DNA of 64,000 bases from Eledone cirrhosa (GCA_964016885.1 OZ024741.1:97402001-97466000); one strand, 5' to 3'. Numbered from the stretch's first letter, positions 32,938 to 46,674 are shown. The notes: generated by a model not told the origin, from the sequence alone. A program made the numbers and translations.

Positions 32938-33413
32938 GCAGTAACGTGTTGGTTTCTATGTAAACTACATTTCATTCACCCAAACATATTGTTGGCCTTA
33001 TGCCTAATTCAGAAACACACATATATGTATGAAAGAGATGGCAGCAGCAAAGGGACAAAAGGATAGTGCCATAAATAAACAAGGGAGATAAGAGAAATAA
33101 ACGGGACATAAGTTAAAAACAATTATCGTTATCGCGATTCGAACTTCGAGGACAAACCCTGGATTATTGTATTATTAAACAAGGAAACAACTTTACCATA
33201 ATTTTCATTTAGATTTTGTTCATGTTTCATAACAATATATTTTCTTCATCTCATATATACAAACTGTTTTAGTGGGTTGGGGGTATTTTCGTCAGACAGT
33301 ATCGCATTTCTTTCCTTTATAAGTAAGTGAGGAGTAAGATATATTATTTCCGTTAGATTCCCGGAAATCGACTCGTGTATAGTTACTTTATTCGGAAATA
33401 TAATTCTTGTAAA

Positions 33414-33490
<77 letters not shown>

Positions 33491-33652
33491 GTATATATAT
33501 ATACACTAAGATCTGCTTATTTATAGGTGAAACATTCTGCTTGCTATGTTTTTTTTAGTACGTGTGCGTGTGAATTATTCTGTGCACTACAATATATAAG
33601 GGAATTCTACTGCATTAAACTTAATATATGCAGTGTATGCGTGTATGCTTCC

Positions 33653-33702
<50 letters not shown>

Positions 33703-33946
33703 TTATATTATGGTTCTAAACGGTCAGGGATTAGAAATCCCCATCATTTTAGTCGGTAGGGTGAAGTGGAAATATAAGGAAGCGTTCAATGACATATATA
33801 GATGGCACTAACTTGAGCATTATAGACTATTAAATACTTCGAATACCATATGCAGTCGTATTCAGGTTTATTTCATCTCATTTCGCTGAGGATGACGCTT
33901 AGAAGATATCATCCTACCATTTGACCTGCCTGTGCGCGTCAGATTG

Positions 33947-34030
<84 letters not shown>

Positions 34031-34034
<4 letters not shown>

Positions 34035-34134
34035 ATAACAGCTTAAAGTTTAAGCATAGAATCCCTGCTTTCACCCTTAACGTTAAGGGTGAAAGCACCG
34101 ATTTTTTGCTTTAACTTTAATCTGTTATTTTAAT
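34031..34134. mobile_element. Family A loopless palindrome centred on CCCTTAAC|GTTAAGGG (34081/34082), within (TA)n
   Basis: Arms are reverse complements; sequence shared with 2552-2660. Confidence 0.85.
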
Positions 34135-34147
34135 ATATATTATTATT

Positions 34148-34235
<88 letters not shown>

Positions 34236-34269
34236 TGGGTGTGGATGGGTGTATATGTGTGTTCCGCGT

Positions 34270-34405
34270 TTAATTAGGCGTAACCACAGTAAGTAAGGTA
34301 TTCAATACATAGAGTATAGGTTTTTAATATAGAAATGGGTTCTACCGGACTGGAACGGATTCATTCGAATGAAACAGTTCTATTGCTGTAGAGGCCATTT
34401 CGATA
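34270..34405. mobile_element. Family C element with palindrome centred on CATTC|GAATG (34366/34367)
   Basis: Arms 34328-34366 / 34367-34405; homologous to 37025-37120. Confidence 0.75.
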
Positions 34406-34418
34406 TCTATCTATCTAT

Positions 34419-35011
<593 letters not shown>

Positions 35012-35043
35012 TTATGAAGAGAGAAGAAACATTTAGATATAAT

Positions 35044-35436
35044 TAGTAATAAAATGTATCATACCTAAACTGCTCCTAAATTCCTCGACTACGTAGTTTC
35101 GTGGCATAAACAAAAACAATATATCATAAAGATATAGAGTCCCTGCGAGGTCTGCCGACTTATCAAGAGAATACCTCATTTTACTAGTCTCAAGAACGCG
35201 TCTACACGACGTGAGAAAGAATCCCAAAAGGCGGAGGGGGAGATAGTCACGCGATATAACGGTCGAGAAACAGAGCTAAGCCTCTTATAACCACGAAGAA
35301 AATACCACAGAGGCGGAGGGGGTATTCATATCGAGCCGCAGAAGAGGTGGTGAAGAAGGCTAGAAGTATGAGTAATGGAAGCTTTCCAGTTGTCCCCACA
35401 CCTCAAAGATTGCTCGACCAGAGGGAGTTATTAACA
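35044..35436 (-). mobile_element. Possible solo LTR
   Basis: GC-richer ~390-bp block bounded by an imperfect TGTTAATAA/TTATTACTA terminal inverted repeat; internal GGCGGAGGGGG duplication. Confidence 0.3.
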
Positions 35437-35491
35437 ATATATTTAGATACACACAGATACATGCGGACACACACATATATATATATGTATG

Positions 35492-35579
<88 letters not shown>

Positions 35580-35581
35580 AG

Positions 35582-35613
<32 letters not shown>

Positions 35614-35798
35614 GGAAAGTGCATGACCCCGACAGCAGAGCTCAGGCCGTTTCAAACGGCTATTTCTGGACCTTCGTTATATATATATATATATATATAT
35701 ATCATTTTAACCAAAAATTCAAATATAGATAACTGCCTTGAAGCTCATATACCTGTAATTTTGCTTTTCTGTGTCTTGTTTTTAAAATTTATTAACTG

Positions 35799-35860
<62 letters not shown>

Positions 35861-36078
35861 CACACATTTATATTTTTATATATTTTTATATCTGTATATC
35901 TTTTTGACCCGAAATAGGCGATCGAATTTTCGCTATGTGGATGATTAGTTTAACCACCATCTCGCCTTTAACGTAAGTTGTAAGCTCTAATTCATATGAA
36001 TTATCGAGCGCTTGCCACACAACTCGGAAGTGATTCTCGTTAATTCCTGAGCTGAAATCCGATTCTCGCTAATTTTCA

Positions 36079-36131
<53 letters not shown>

Positions 36132-36565
36132 AATTATATAAAAGTGTGTGTGTGTCCGTGAGTAACTCTACAACATAAACACTCACATACACACGAGTAT
36201 GTGTAAGCGTGTAAAATCATTTTAATATCTGCTGCAAATACATATGGGTCAGTGTTTACCTCATAGTTATGCAGTTCAGCAGAGATTACGTACATTTTTA
36301 TTTGAACAATATATTGTAACTTATTTCCAATATCATCATTTACCTGATCTGACGATCGCCTTATGGGAATCCGAATACATTCAGAATTTGCCTGCAACAT
36401 ATTTGAACATATAACCACATAACTGGCAAATCATTGTTCTCTTACGATAAACCTATCTCCCGCCTTTCCTCTCGATCTTACCGAATATCGTATTTATGAA
36501 TTAAACGTTTCGTCCTTGCTTACAATACTCAAGTAAGATTTTAGTTATACACACACGCACGCACG

Positions 36566-36639
<74 letters not shown>

Positions 36640-36649
36640 GAGAGAGAAA

Positions 36650-36910
36650 AATAATAAATGTGAAGACTAAAATCAAAAGTGGGCTCAATAAGGATAAATA
36701 TATATCAAATATATAAGAACACTAGAGCAAAAATTTTAAGTTTAAGTTTAAGTTTAATTTTAAGTTTAAGCAAAGAATTTAAGTTTAAGTTTAAGTTTAA
36801 TTTTAAGTTTAAGCAAAGAATCGCTCTGCTTTGACCCTTAATGGGATCTTTCGATCTCCTTAGGGGTGAAAGTAGCGATACATTGGTTAAATTTTAATCT
36901 GTTATTAAAT
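36650..36910. mobile_element. Family A element with terminal inversion and internal TTTAAG tandem expansion
   Basis: Aligns to 2460-2660; centre CCCTTAATGGGATC...TTAGGGGTGAAAG. Confidence 0.75.
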
Positions 36911-36925
36911 ATATATATATATATT

Positions 36926-37130
36926 AAAAGCTTCTACAGGACTAGAGCTGCTTCATTCGTTAGAATCCATCAGGAAGCTGACGGTCAAGGTAATACTTAC
37001 ACAATCAGCTTCTGATGATTTCTCACGAATGAAACAGTTCTCGTCGTGTAGAAGATTTTCTATATTAAATATTCATACTCCACTTTGTATTGAGCACCTT
37101 TCCTACTGTGGTTACCCCGACAGAACCCGG
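36926..37130. mobile_element. Family C fold-back (arms 36926-36981 / 37005-37059) with hammerhead-like core 37012-37040 on plus
   Basis: CTGATGA-TTTC TCAC GAAT-GAAACAGTTC; the mirror arm reads CTGATGG-ATTC TAAC GAAT-GAAGCAG. Confidence 0.75.
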
Positions 37131-37136
37131 GATAAA

Positions 37137-37181
<45 letters not shown>

Positions 37182-37934
37182 CTAGTGATATATTAAGCAT
37201 TATTTTTCCTCTACCCTAACTGAAATATCTGGTATCTGGACTGCCTTAGGCGTTATCCAAAGAACGGTATCTGTCAGAATAATTCGTACCTACATTCAAC
37301 TGGATGACACGTTCAGGAATGCAGGGTATACATTCAGAAATATTATGCAATGATATTGCAATTGTTCGGAAGTACATATTTTCACAACAGGCATTGTGTT
37401 CGTGTAAATAATGTCTCAAGCTAGGCAACGCGTATATTAACTACCTTATTACCTTCGTTTAAGTACAAGGCATCCATTCAGCAAAATGGGGTATATATTG
37501 AAAATTGTTATATTAGAATATGAAAGCTTTAGATTTAAATATCTGAAATAGTTTTCACATATATATTTCAGTATGAAGGGAGTAATTTCATTTACCCTGT
37601 TATTACTATTATGTAATTAATTCAAATTACAATCAAGTAACGCAATAAGAATGCATTGCTGTAGGTGCATAGTTGTAATTAAACTCATTGCAGTGAGATA
37701 TCATTGGATCTATAATATTCGAACATAGCTAACATAATGAGTATGAACTATTGGCAGAGAATGTTTGTAATTCATAGACTGGTTCAGCCAAAATACTTTT
37801 TGCAATGCATAAAATTATAATCTTGAAAAGTCGCTGACACACTCAAACACACGGATCCCGTACACCGATATGTTCCACAAACACACACACATCTATTTAT
37901 CCCCCCCCCCCCGCTTCTATCTTTATGTATATGC

Positions 37935-38039
<105 letters not shown>

Positions 38040-38067
38040 AATATATGTATATATATATATATATATG

Positions 38068-38215
38068 GTTATACATGGGGAGGGTCTTATTTGTGTAATA
38101 TTGCCAGAATTAATAACAGAACACACTCACTGTTTGGTTGCTTTTCGCTTCTGTTATTAATTCTGTTATCAATTCTGGCAATATTACACAAATATGACCC
38201 TCCCCAAGTATAACA
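38068..38215. mobile_element. Family D 3'-end fold-back (arms 38068-38121 / 38161-38214)
   Basis: GTTATACATGGGGAGGGTC... mirrors ...GACCCTCCCCAAGTATAAC; same 3' end as 23220-23281. Confidence 0.85.
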
Positions 38216-38287
38216 ATATTTGTTTCGACACACGATTTCATATAAAAAAACCTCGCAAAACTAATTCATCGCCGCTATATATGTATG

Positions 38288-38476
<189 letters not shown>

Positions 38477-38504
38477 GTATATATATGTGTATATATATAA
38501 AAAT

Positions 38505-39105
38505 GTCAGGTCACCAGTTGGTGCTACTGGTAACATGTATCCCAGTATAACCTGCCTCATGGTCGGGTCGTGGCGACTAAACTGGCAACCCCACCAAAGT
38601 TTCATGGTGGGGAGGGTGACTTTGGACATCCTGAAGGACTAAAAACAAAACCTGTCAAAGGAGCTCTTAAGAATCAATGGCCATCCAAAATCACCGGGAG
38701 AGATGACCCCTTAACCTTTGTGAAGGCAGAATTCTAGGAGAAGGAAAACTCTGATATAACACCTGCAACTCTGATGGTATCCAATGATGTTGACTTATTC
38801 TTCTTTTTGGTAAATATCATCTTGGTTAAGAGAGTGGGACTGGCTTTGTGCAGTGCCTTTGCTCACTATAAAAGCTTCACGCCACAGGCATTGCTTTATA
38901 TCTGGAGATCTCTCTGCACTTGTCGTCACATGGTACCATGGGCCCAGCACTATGTGTCAATAATTGTCACAAGTGTAGTGTTTGTACCAGAGTTTTCAAG
39001 CCGCTGGCTGGACTAAAATGTCACACTCGTTCAGCGCATCGGTAGGGGTTCTCCTACATGGATATAAAGTAGTGGCCGTACTCGAAAACGAGTTGGCAGC
39101 CATCA
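38505..39105 (+). mobile_element. Probable RTE-type LINE 5' UTR fragment
   Basis: Contains CTAGGAGAAGGAAAACTCTGA and GGCGACTAA, motifs I recall from RTE 5' UTRs; bounded by (TA)n. Confidence 0.45.
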
Positions 39106-39107
39106 TG

Positions 39108-39144
<37 letters not shown>

Positions 39145-39149
<5 letters not shown>

Positions 39150-39710
39150 TTGTAATAAAATGAAAACGAAATTTCATTTCTCACTCTTAGTACGGCACTT
39201 ACTTAAATGTAAGTATGTATGTATACGTACATACATATATGTATACATACGTACAGTAGCATGCATATATATATATATACATACAGGTACACATACATAT
39301 ATGTACGTATCAGTTTAGCGGACGCTTATTATAACGCCCGCTTTGTTCGTTTGTAAACAAACTGAACAGCCTGAATTTATGCCGTACGGTGTTAAGGCAA
39401 CCACGTCACCTTTTTGTTCAACACTGACACAGGAACGATGTACTAGTTTCAAGCTTGTTAGCTATCATCAGCACCGTATACCCTTCTGCCAGATGGTTGC
39501 ACGTTCGAAAGTATATACATTCCTTATGAAAAATTAACGGCTGAGCAGCCTAATTTGCATATCGAGTGAGTTCGGCCAGGCGTACCGAGAACGATAAGTT
39601 GTAATAAAATGAAAACGAAATTTAATTTCTCACTCTTAGTACGGCACTTACTTAAATGTAAGTATGTATGTATACGTACATACATATATCTATACAGACG
39701 TACAGTAGCA

Positions 39711-39772
<62 letters not shown>

Positions 39773-39943
39773 CATACAGGTACACATATTGTTCCTGTGT
39801 CAGTGTTGAACAAAAAGGTGACGTGGTTGCCTTAACACCGTACGGCTTAAATTCAGGCTGTTCAGTTTGTTTACAAACTAACAAAGCGGGCGTTATAATA
39901 AGCGTCCGCTAAACTGATACGTACATATATGTATGTGTACCTG

Positions 39944-40009
<66 letters not shown>

Positions 40010-40249
40010 TGCTACTGTACGTCTGTATACATATATGTATGTACGTATACATACATACTTACATTTAAGTAAGTGCCGTACTAAGAGTGAGAAATGAAAT
40101 TTCGTTTTCATTTTATTACAACTTATCGTTCTCGGTACGCTTGGCCGAACTCACTCGGTATGCAAATTAGGCTGCTCAGCCGTTAATTTTCATAAGGAAA
40201 GTATATACTTTCGAAGGTTCAACCATCTGGCAGAAGGGTATACGGTGCT
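39145..40249. mobile_element. Family B hammerhead repeat: ~1.4 tandem copies (period 449) plus one inverted near-monomer
   Basis: ATAAGTTGTAATAAAATG at 39145 and 39594; inversion at ~39790; minus ribozyme 39436-39476 CGGTG-CTGATGA-TAGC TAACAA GCTT-GAAA-CTAG-TA|CATCG. Confidence 0.9.
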
Positions 40250-40474
40250 ATAGTAAGGTAGAATATTAAATATCAAGTGTTAATTGAACAAGTACTTTCA
40301 TGCTTTCGCAATCTTCAGGTTCCTATTAAGTGGTGACAGTCAAGTTTGCAATATTCAACTGTCTGTTGAAAATTGCAAACTTGACTGTCACCACTGAATA
40401 GGAACCTGAAGATTGCGAAAGCATGAAAGTACTTGTTCAATTAACACTTGATATTTAATATTCTACCTTACTAT
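40250..40474. mobile_element. Family F near-perfect fold-back (110-bp arms, loop TGTCT 40360-40364) with a hammerhead in each arm
   Basis: Plus ribozyme 40402-40438: GAAC-CTGAAGA-T-TGC GAAA GCA-T-GAAA-GTAC-TT|GTTC; mirror copy 40286-40322. Confidence 0.92.
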
Positions 40475-40550
40475 TTCATTATAATATCATTATAATTTTA
40501 AAGGATTGTAAATAAAACGAGTAAATCAGACAAATTTGGAATTACTTTTA

Positions 40551-40593
<43 letters not shown>

Positions 40594-40721
40594 GTATATA
40601 ATTGGTGTTGGATACGTAAAGCGTCCGTGTGTGGTAGGCCGTATGAGCACTCGATGCCCTCATAGTGCAGAGTATGATATCAGAGAAAAAAAGAGAATCA
40701 GTGTTGCGAAAGGAATGTATT

Positions 40722-40818
40722 TGACATATTACAATTGTTTCTCGGGTGACCAGCTCGAGGCACGATCGATGTGGTGATCAAACCTGACTCTCAAATTGCG
40801 CGGTCCTCGGATACGTCA
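40722..40818 (-). ncRNA. Hammerhead ribozyme with long (62-nt) stem II domain and CCGAGGA core variant
   Basis: Minus: TGACGTAT-CCGAGGA-[62 nt]-GAAA-CAATTG-TA|ATATGTCA; 8-bp stem I, palindrome ACAATTGT. Confidence 0.7.
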
Positions 40819-40884
40819 TATATATACATATTTATACATACATACGTACATACATATACGTACATACATACATAAATACATACG

Positions 40885-40915
<31 letters not shown>

Positions 40916-41613
40916 TAGAATATTGTTTAAGTGTAATAATTGTTTCTACTTTTGGCATAAGGCCAGCCATATAATATCTGAAACCACTCATTGTAGAACA
41001 AACATAAGATTAAATAATTGGTACACATGAAATATTTCATTGGTCTTTCTTTATCAAATATCTGATTCTGTTGATGTTTACAGAAAGATAGCAGGAATTC
41101 AAATTAAAATATCAACGTGATGCTGTGATATTATTAACATGTAAATAAGAAGTGAAAATGTGATATAGACATTAATTAAATTTTCTCGACCCCAAGTTAG
41201 ATACTTAAGTATCGTTTCCTATAGAATTAAATTCGAACTAGATGTGATTTAAGAGGATATAGTTTCACTGTTCACATAACTGTCTAAGTTATATTTTATG
41301 TATGATGTAAATTCCATTAATTAATTAGTGATATTCTTTCCTCACTGAAAGAACTACTGGCGAACGTATCGCTGCATGGAAGTCACATGGAAGTCACATG
41401 ATACATTCATTACTAACATAGCAGAGAATAAGATTCGCAATTCTTAATCATATGTCATTGATTTCCTCACGTTTGCATCAGCATATTAAAATATAACAAT
41501 CGAAAGTATAAAAGTCTGTCAAATTATAAGAAAATCAACTAAATATGAGTTATCACAAAATATACAAGTTGATTCTTCTAACAATAGTTCCACTACAAAA
41601 TTAGAATTCATAT

Positions 41614-41665
<52 letters not shown>

Positions 41666-41735
41666 ACTACTATTACTACTACTACTGCTGTTGTTGTTGC
41701 TGCTGCTACTACTACCCACCCCACTACTTCTACTT

Positions 41736-41772
<37 letters not shown>

Positions 41773-41823
41773 ACTAACTACCACCACCCCTACCACCACC
41801 ACCATTACTACTACTACTACTAC
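41614..41823. repeat. (TAC)n/(TGC)n trinucleotide microsatellite at the 3' end of the Tx1-like LINE
   Basis: Seen directly. Confidence 0.95.
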
Positions 41824-41829
41824 GTCTAA

Positions 41830-44800
41830 TTTCATTTATTGGCCACCAGGGCCGACACATAGGTGACAATCAAAAGACAGGGACAGTGGAAGTTTACATA
41901 TACAACGTGTAAACAATATAAATAACAATAAAAATACATGGAAAATTCCCCAATAGGGTGGATAACCACCAATCAGGTACCCCACCAATCCTGAACCACC
42001 TGACTCTTCGAGAACACCCGGGAAGGGCCCCCCCCCCTCTCATCCTCAAATTCACCCACCTACAGGTGCATTGTCAGAGTAGGCCCACTCACACGGGCCA
42101 TTCTCGCCACATTCACCCCCCTTTCAGCAAATGTACTGGGGGGGGGGGGGGGCAGCACTTCTCTATCCATCCTCACCTTCCTTTCCAAGTGAAACTTGAA
42201 AAAGTTGATGAGGCATTGGCCGAAGAGAAAAGTGACTGTCTTCAGTCCTTTGGACCTGGTCCATCATACAACCTCTTTCGCTACTGCTACCAAACAGAGG
42301 AAAATTGCCTGCCCTTCCTGGCCAAAGGAAGGCGGCGGGTCGATCTTCACTATGGACTCGACCGATAGCCAGATCCGTTCTACACGCGACAATAGCTGTT
42401 CGACATAACTCCACACGTCAGTAAGGTACGGACACTGGACGAGTGCGTGCAGTACGGTTTCGTCGCTCTGCTTGCATCTTGAGGCAGGTCCGTCTGACAG
42501 CACTTCCGTGCCTGTAGAGTTTATCTCGAACTGACAGTTCCCTCCGTAGCACTGCCAAGCGTTTTATGTTTGGAAATCATCCATCGTCCCCGGCTCGAAA
42601 GTCCTCCGGAACACAATGGTTATTTCGACGCCCAGAGCCTCTCCAAGTGCGCCGTCACACATGCCCACAACTAATCCTCTATAGATCTCGAGAGTGGAAG
42701 TTCCACTGACCACATTGCCCGACAGGTATAGGGCAATGAGTGCCTGGCAACATTCCAGATTCCAGTCAACCAGTCTTGGTCCCTTCTTGGCCTAGGACTG
42801 CAGCTCAGTCAAAGAGACGAACTGCGGAGAGGCCCATCTGACAAAGAGCGACCACACCTGTTCACCGTTTAGGCAGAATATCTGAAAATTCCGCAGCCTC
42901 AGCGAATGTCTGCGCATCATTAGCCACGGCACGCCCAGCCCTCCATGTAGAGGGTGCTGGCAGCAAATGGACCAGCTCACCAACGGAACCTGTCGCCGCC
43001 ACAATGATTTGAAGAAGAGCTGTTACAAGTTGGTGAGGCGTGAACGGAGGCAAGGGGTGAGGGTCAGGCGGTATTAGATGACGGACGCGATGTAGGCCTT
43101 CGACACCTCCGCCCGACCATTCAGCGATAGCTTCCTCACAGCCCATTTCTGGGTGAGACTGGCTACCCTACTCGTAACCTCATCCCAATTCGTATCCACC
43201 TGGAGGTCTGGCCCGAACCAAACCCCGAGCAACTTTACCGGTCTGTCCGCCCAGCGCCTAACAAAGGCTGTTGTGTGGTATGAACTTTCCTCTCCAGGTG
43301 CCGAGTTACAAGCCCACCGACTTTTCCGGGTTAAATTTTGCTAGCGTCAACATTTCATATTGCTCCAATCAGTTATGTCGTCCTCATTAACCGGCACAAC
43401 CTTTCCGCGTCCAGGTTCAAACGGGATGCCCTGCGACAGCTCCAGCTTCCGCAGTAAAGGCTCAAGAGTCAATACGTACAGAAAAGAGGAGAGACGGCAC
43501 CTTTTACGAACCAATCAGGAGATCTGAAATGGTTCCCGGAGGTGGCCATTAACTTTGACCACCGAGCAGATGCAACTGTGCATTGTAGCGATCCAGATTC
43601 TGTAGACAGGGCCGAAGCCAGCTGCATTGAGAACAGCCCCCAGATACCGAATGCTTTTTATTTATCTAAATTGATTAGAGCCCCACCGAAGCCACTTTTC
43701 AATTCTAACCTCTCTATGATGTATCGCATGAGGTGGAGGTTGTCGTGTATGGACCTGGTCGGTATTGCGCAAGTTTGCACTCTTCAACCAAATCTTCGAT
43801 AACAAGCGCCAACCTCTTCGCTTTTGTCAAAATCTGAGGTCGTTGAGCTGGCAACCCTGTTTCCAGGGTGACCCCAGTCCATGAACGTTTAAACATCCTA
43901 CTCTTAATATGGCCATGTTGGTAGGCTAAAAGAGAAAGGGAAAGTTTACTTACCTCCTTTGGTCTGATGGAGGCGAATGGTCCGACCTTCATAGACGGTG
44001 GGGTTTCTTTTGGGATCCCCTTAAAAAGTTTCGATGTGGGTCTCAGTTTCGGGGTTCCCACGTCTCGAGGACCGCTCTCTCGAATTCCTTGGTAGGAATC
44101 AAGCAACATTCGTACTAGAAACAAATCTTCTGGTACGCAAAATGCGGTCGTTTTAAAACCCCCCCCCCGCCATATGTTTTAATTTCTTCACTTCGCGCTA
44201 CGACGGCTATCAATTTCTCGTTGGCACTTCTGACAAGCACGAAGTTTTTTTAGGTTTTGTTGGTGCTGTTTTATTTGTTTTCCTTTGGGTGACTGGTGGT
44301 TATTATTTTGTTCGTTCATCCGGTTGTGTCTGTGTTTGTTGTAGGCGTTGTGTGTGCAATTCTGGTGTCTCTGTGTTTATTTGTTCTTGTGTCTGTTTAT
44401 GTTATTTACGTTTGGGGGATTGTCGTCATGTAGTGGTACTGGTGTTGATGTTGATAGGGAAGTGTTTACCTTGGTGTTGTCTGCATTTTTGTTGTGGTTC
44501 TTTTTGTGCTTTATGGGTGCTTTGTGGGTGCTTTTTCTTTGTGTGTAATCTCTTTGCTTTTTGGCGGATTTCGGTTTTCTCTCATCTTTATTACTGGAAG
44601 ATGATGGGTCTCTGGCTGTAAGTGTATGTGTGTTTGCGTGTGCGTTTGTGCTTTTGTCCATGTGTATATTTTTAAGGGGAGGAGGAATGGGAGAGATTCC
44701 TCGTTTTCCCCCTTGTTTGGTTTTGGTGTTGGTGGTGGTTCGACTGTTTTTGATGTTGCTGGGGGTGCCGGGGTCAGTGTTGGTGAGCTTACCGTCTCGG

Positions 44801-45390
44801 CACTAGCGTTTGCAGCAAAGGAGGTTTGTGGCCCCTGCATTTTGGGCGGATGACAGAAGGCTCGCAGATGCATTACTTCACCGCAGACGAAGCAGTGCGC
44901 CGTCTTCCTTCAATAATTAACTGAATCATTGAGGCGTTCTGCAGGCAGACATTTTTTAGACCATTCTGGTTTTATTTGGAGAAGAAATTCCAAATCCATC
45001 CGGGAGCAGTCCTCTCTCTCTCTCTCTCTGTTTTTCTGACATCTATGAGGGTAGTGTACGTACCCTCCACGATTACAAATCCCGGGAGCATCCATAGGTT
45101 CATTCCTGGTGGGATCCTAGGAATGGAGACCTTCGCTGCTTTATGCCCATGTAGGACTGGTACATAACGATGCGTTCCGTTCTGCAGGGGTTCACGTATT
45201 GCTTAATAGCAAGGGCTTCGGTTTTGAACAGCACCAAGATGATGCCGAACTGTCTGGTCCTTGCTTTGTATTCAATGTCATATTTGATGCATTCCAAAGC
45301 AGACTAGACTTCTGCCTGACTGGTGAGTCCGCGTAAAAAGTCTGCACCGGAATTCAGCGAAAATGCAAAGTCCTCCTCTGCATTGCCGCT
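41830..45390 (-). mobile_element. Tx1/L1-like LINE, internally deleted and decayed: ORF1 CCHC knuckle, RT and C-terminal zinc finger
   Basis: ORF1 CFVCGEVMHLRAFC (~44850-44900); RT-region pieces (KILTKAKRLALVIEDL, HPLHGGLGVP); RCKQSDETVLHALVQC..VWSY at 42264-42503. Confidence 0.85.
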
Positions 45391-45399
45391 GTAACTACA

Positions 45400-45530
45400 A
45401 GGTCAGCAATTTGGCGAGAGGCGAAAGTCAATTATATCGACCCCAGTGCATTACTGGTACTTTATTTTATCGACCCCGTAAGGATGAAAGGAAGAGCTAA
45501 TCTCGAGAGGATTTTAACTGAGAACGTAAA
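45400..45530 (-). mobile_element. SINE copy (long subfamily)
   Basis: TCGACCCCAGTGCATTACTGGTACTTTATTTTATCGACCCCGTAAGGATGAAAGG. Confidence 0.8.
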
Positions 45531-45532
45531 GG

Positions 45533-45765
45533 GTCATCACTCTATGGTGCAAAGCATGTTGTCCAACTCTCATCATTTTCCATGCTTGCAAGGGTGTGGC
45601 GGGTCCTATTCAGCAGAGCATCACTCCACTTGTCACGGTTCTTCGTCATCTCCACCGTTAGCTTCAGCGATCTGAGGTCTGCTCTCACCACCTCCGCCCA
45701 TGTTTTTCGTGGTCTTCCTCTACTACGTCTTCCTTCAACTGGCATTTCTTGGCACTTCTTCACTA
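45533..45765 (-). mobile_element. RTE LINE 3' end fragment
   Basis: KKCQEMPVEGRRSRGRPRKTWAEVVRADL...DKW is a typical RTE C-terminus. Confidence 0.85.
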
Positions 45766-45850
45766 TATCTAGATGAATATAGAAAGTTTCTCAGACGGAC
45801 AGATAATATAAAAATAGACCGTTGATTGTACACACACACACGCACAGGCA

Positions 45851-45895
<45 letters not shown>

Positions 45896-46626
45896 ACACA
45901 CACACACTCATACATATACATGCATATATTTTTTCTTCTTCTTCGCCCACCTATTCCTGAGAGGGTCATGGGGCGGAGTCCTTAAACACTCCTTCCAGGG
46001 GGGTTCTGTCAGAAGCAACCGTCTCTAACTGATCCGGCTTGATCCCCAAGCATGACCAACCAATCTCATGGATGGTATCCAACCATCACACGAGGGATCT
46101 ACCCCCAGGTCTCTCACAGGTTGGTTTTGTCCGGAAAGTCTGTCCAGCGATTCTTTTCTGAGACATTCTAACCACATGCTCATATTATCGGAGTAGTAAT
46201 CTCTCAATTTGGAGAAGTAGCGGTTCTATCTTGAGTGATTCTGATATCCGAGTTACACATGTTTCTAGAATAATATTACTTCAAAGACCCTTCGGAAGAA
46301 TCCCATTTCGGTCGCTTGTATTCTTGATCGTATAATTTCATTACCCACATACCTGCATATTATGAATCAAAACATTAAATCTTCCCAATTTATTTTAATT
46401 TTTCATAGCATTGATAGAAAATAGTGTATGAAATTGTAAGCAATGCCAAACGAACAACAATATAATCAACAAAATGTTAACGGTAGAAACAACGTATAGC
46501 ATGAGAGTAACTAAACCTTTAAGCTAAAATGTGAGTTAAAGATTTGCATATTAAACTATTAGCAAGAAAATCCTTTGCCAAATGTTCCATTAACATATAG
46601 AATGTACCATGGGATATACATACCCA

Positions 46627-46670
<44 letters not shown>

Positions 46671-46674
<4 letters not shown>

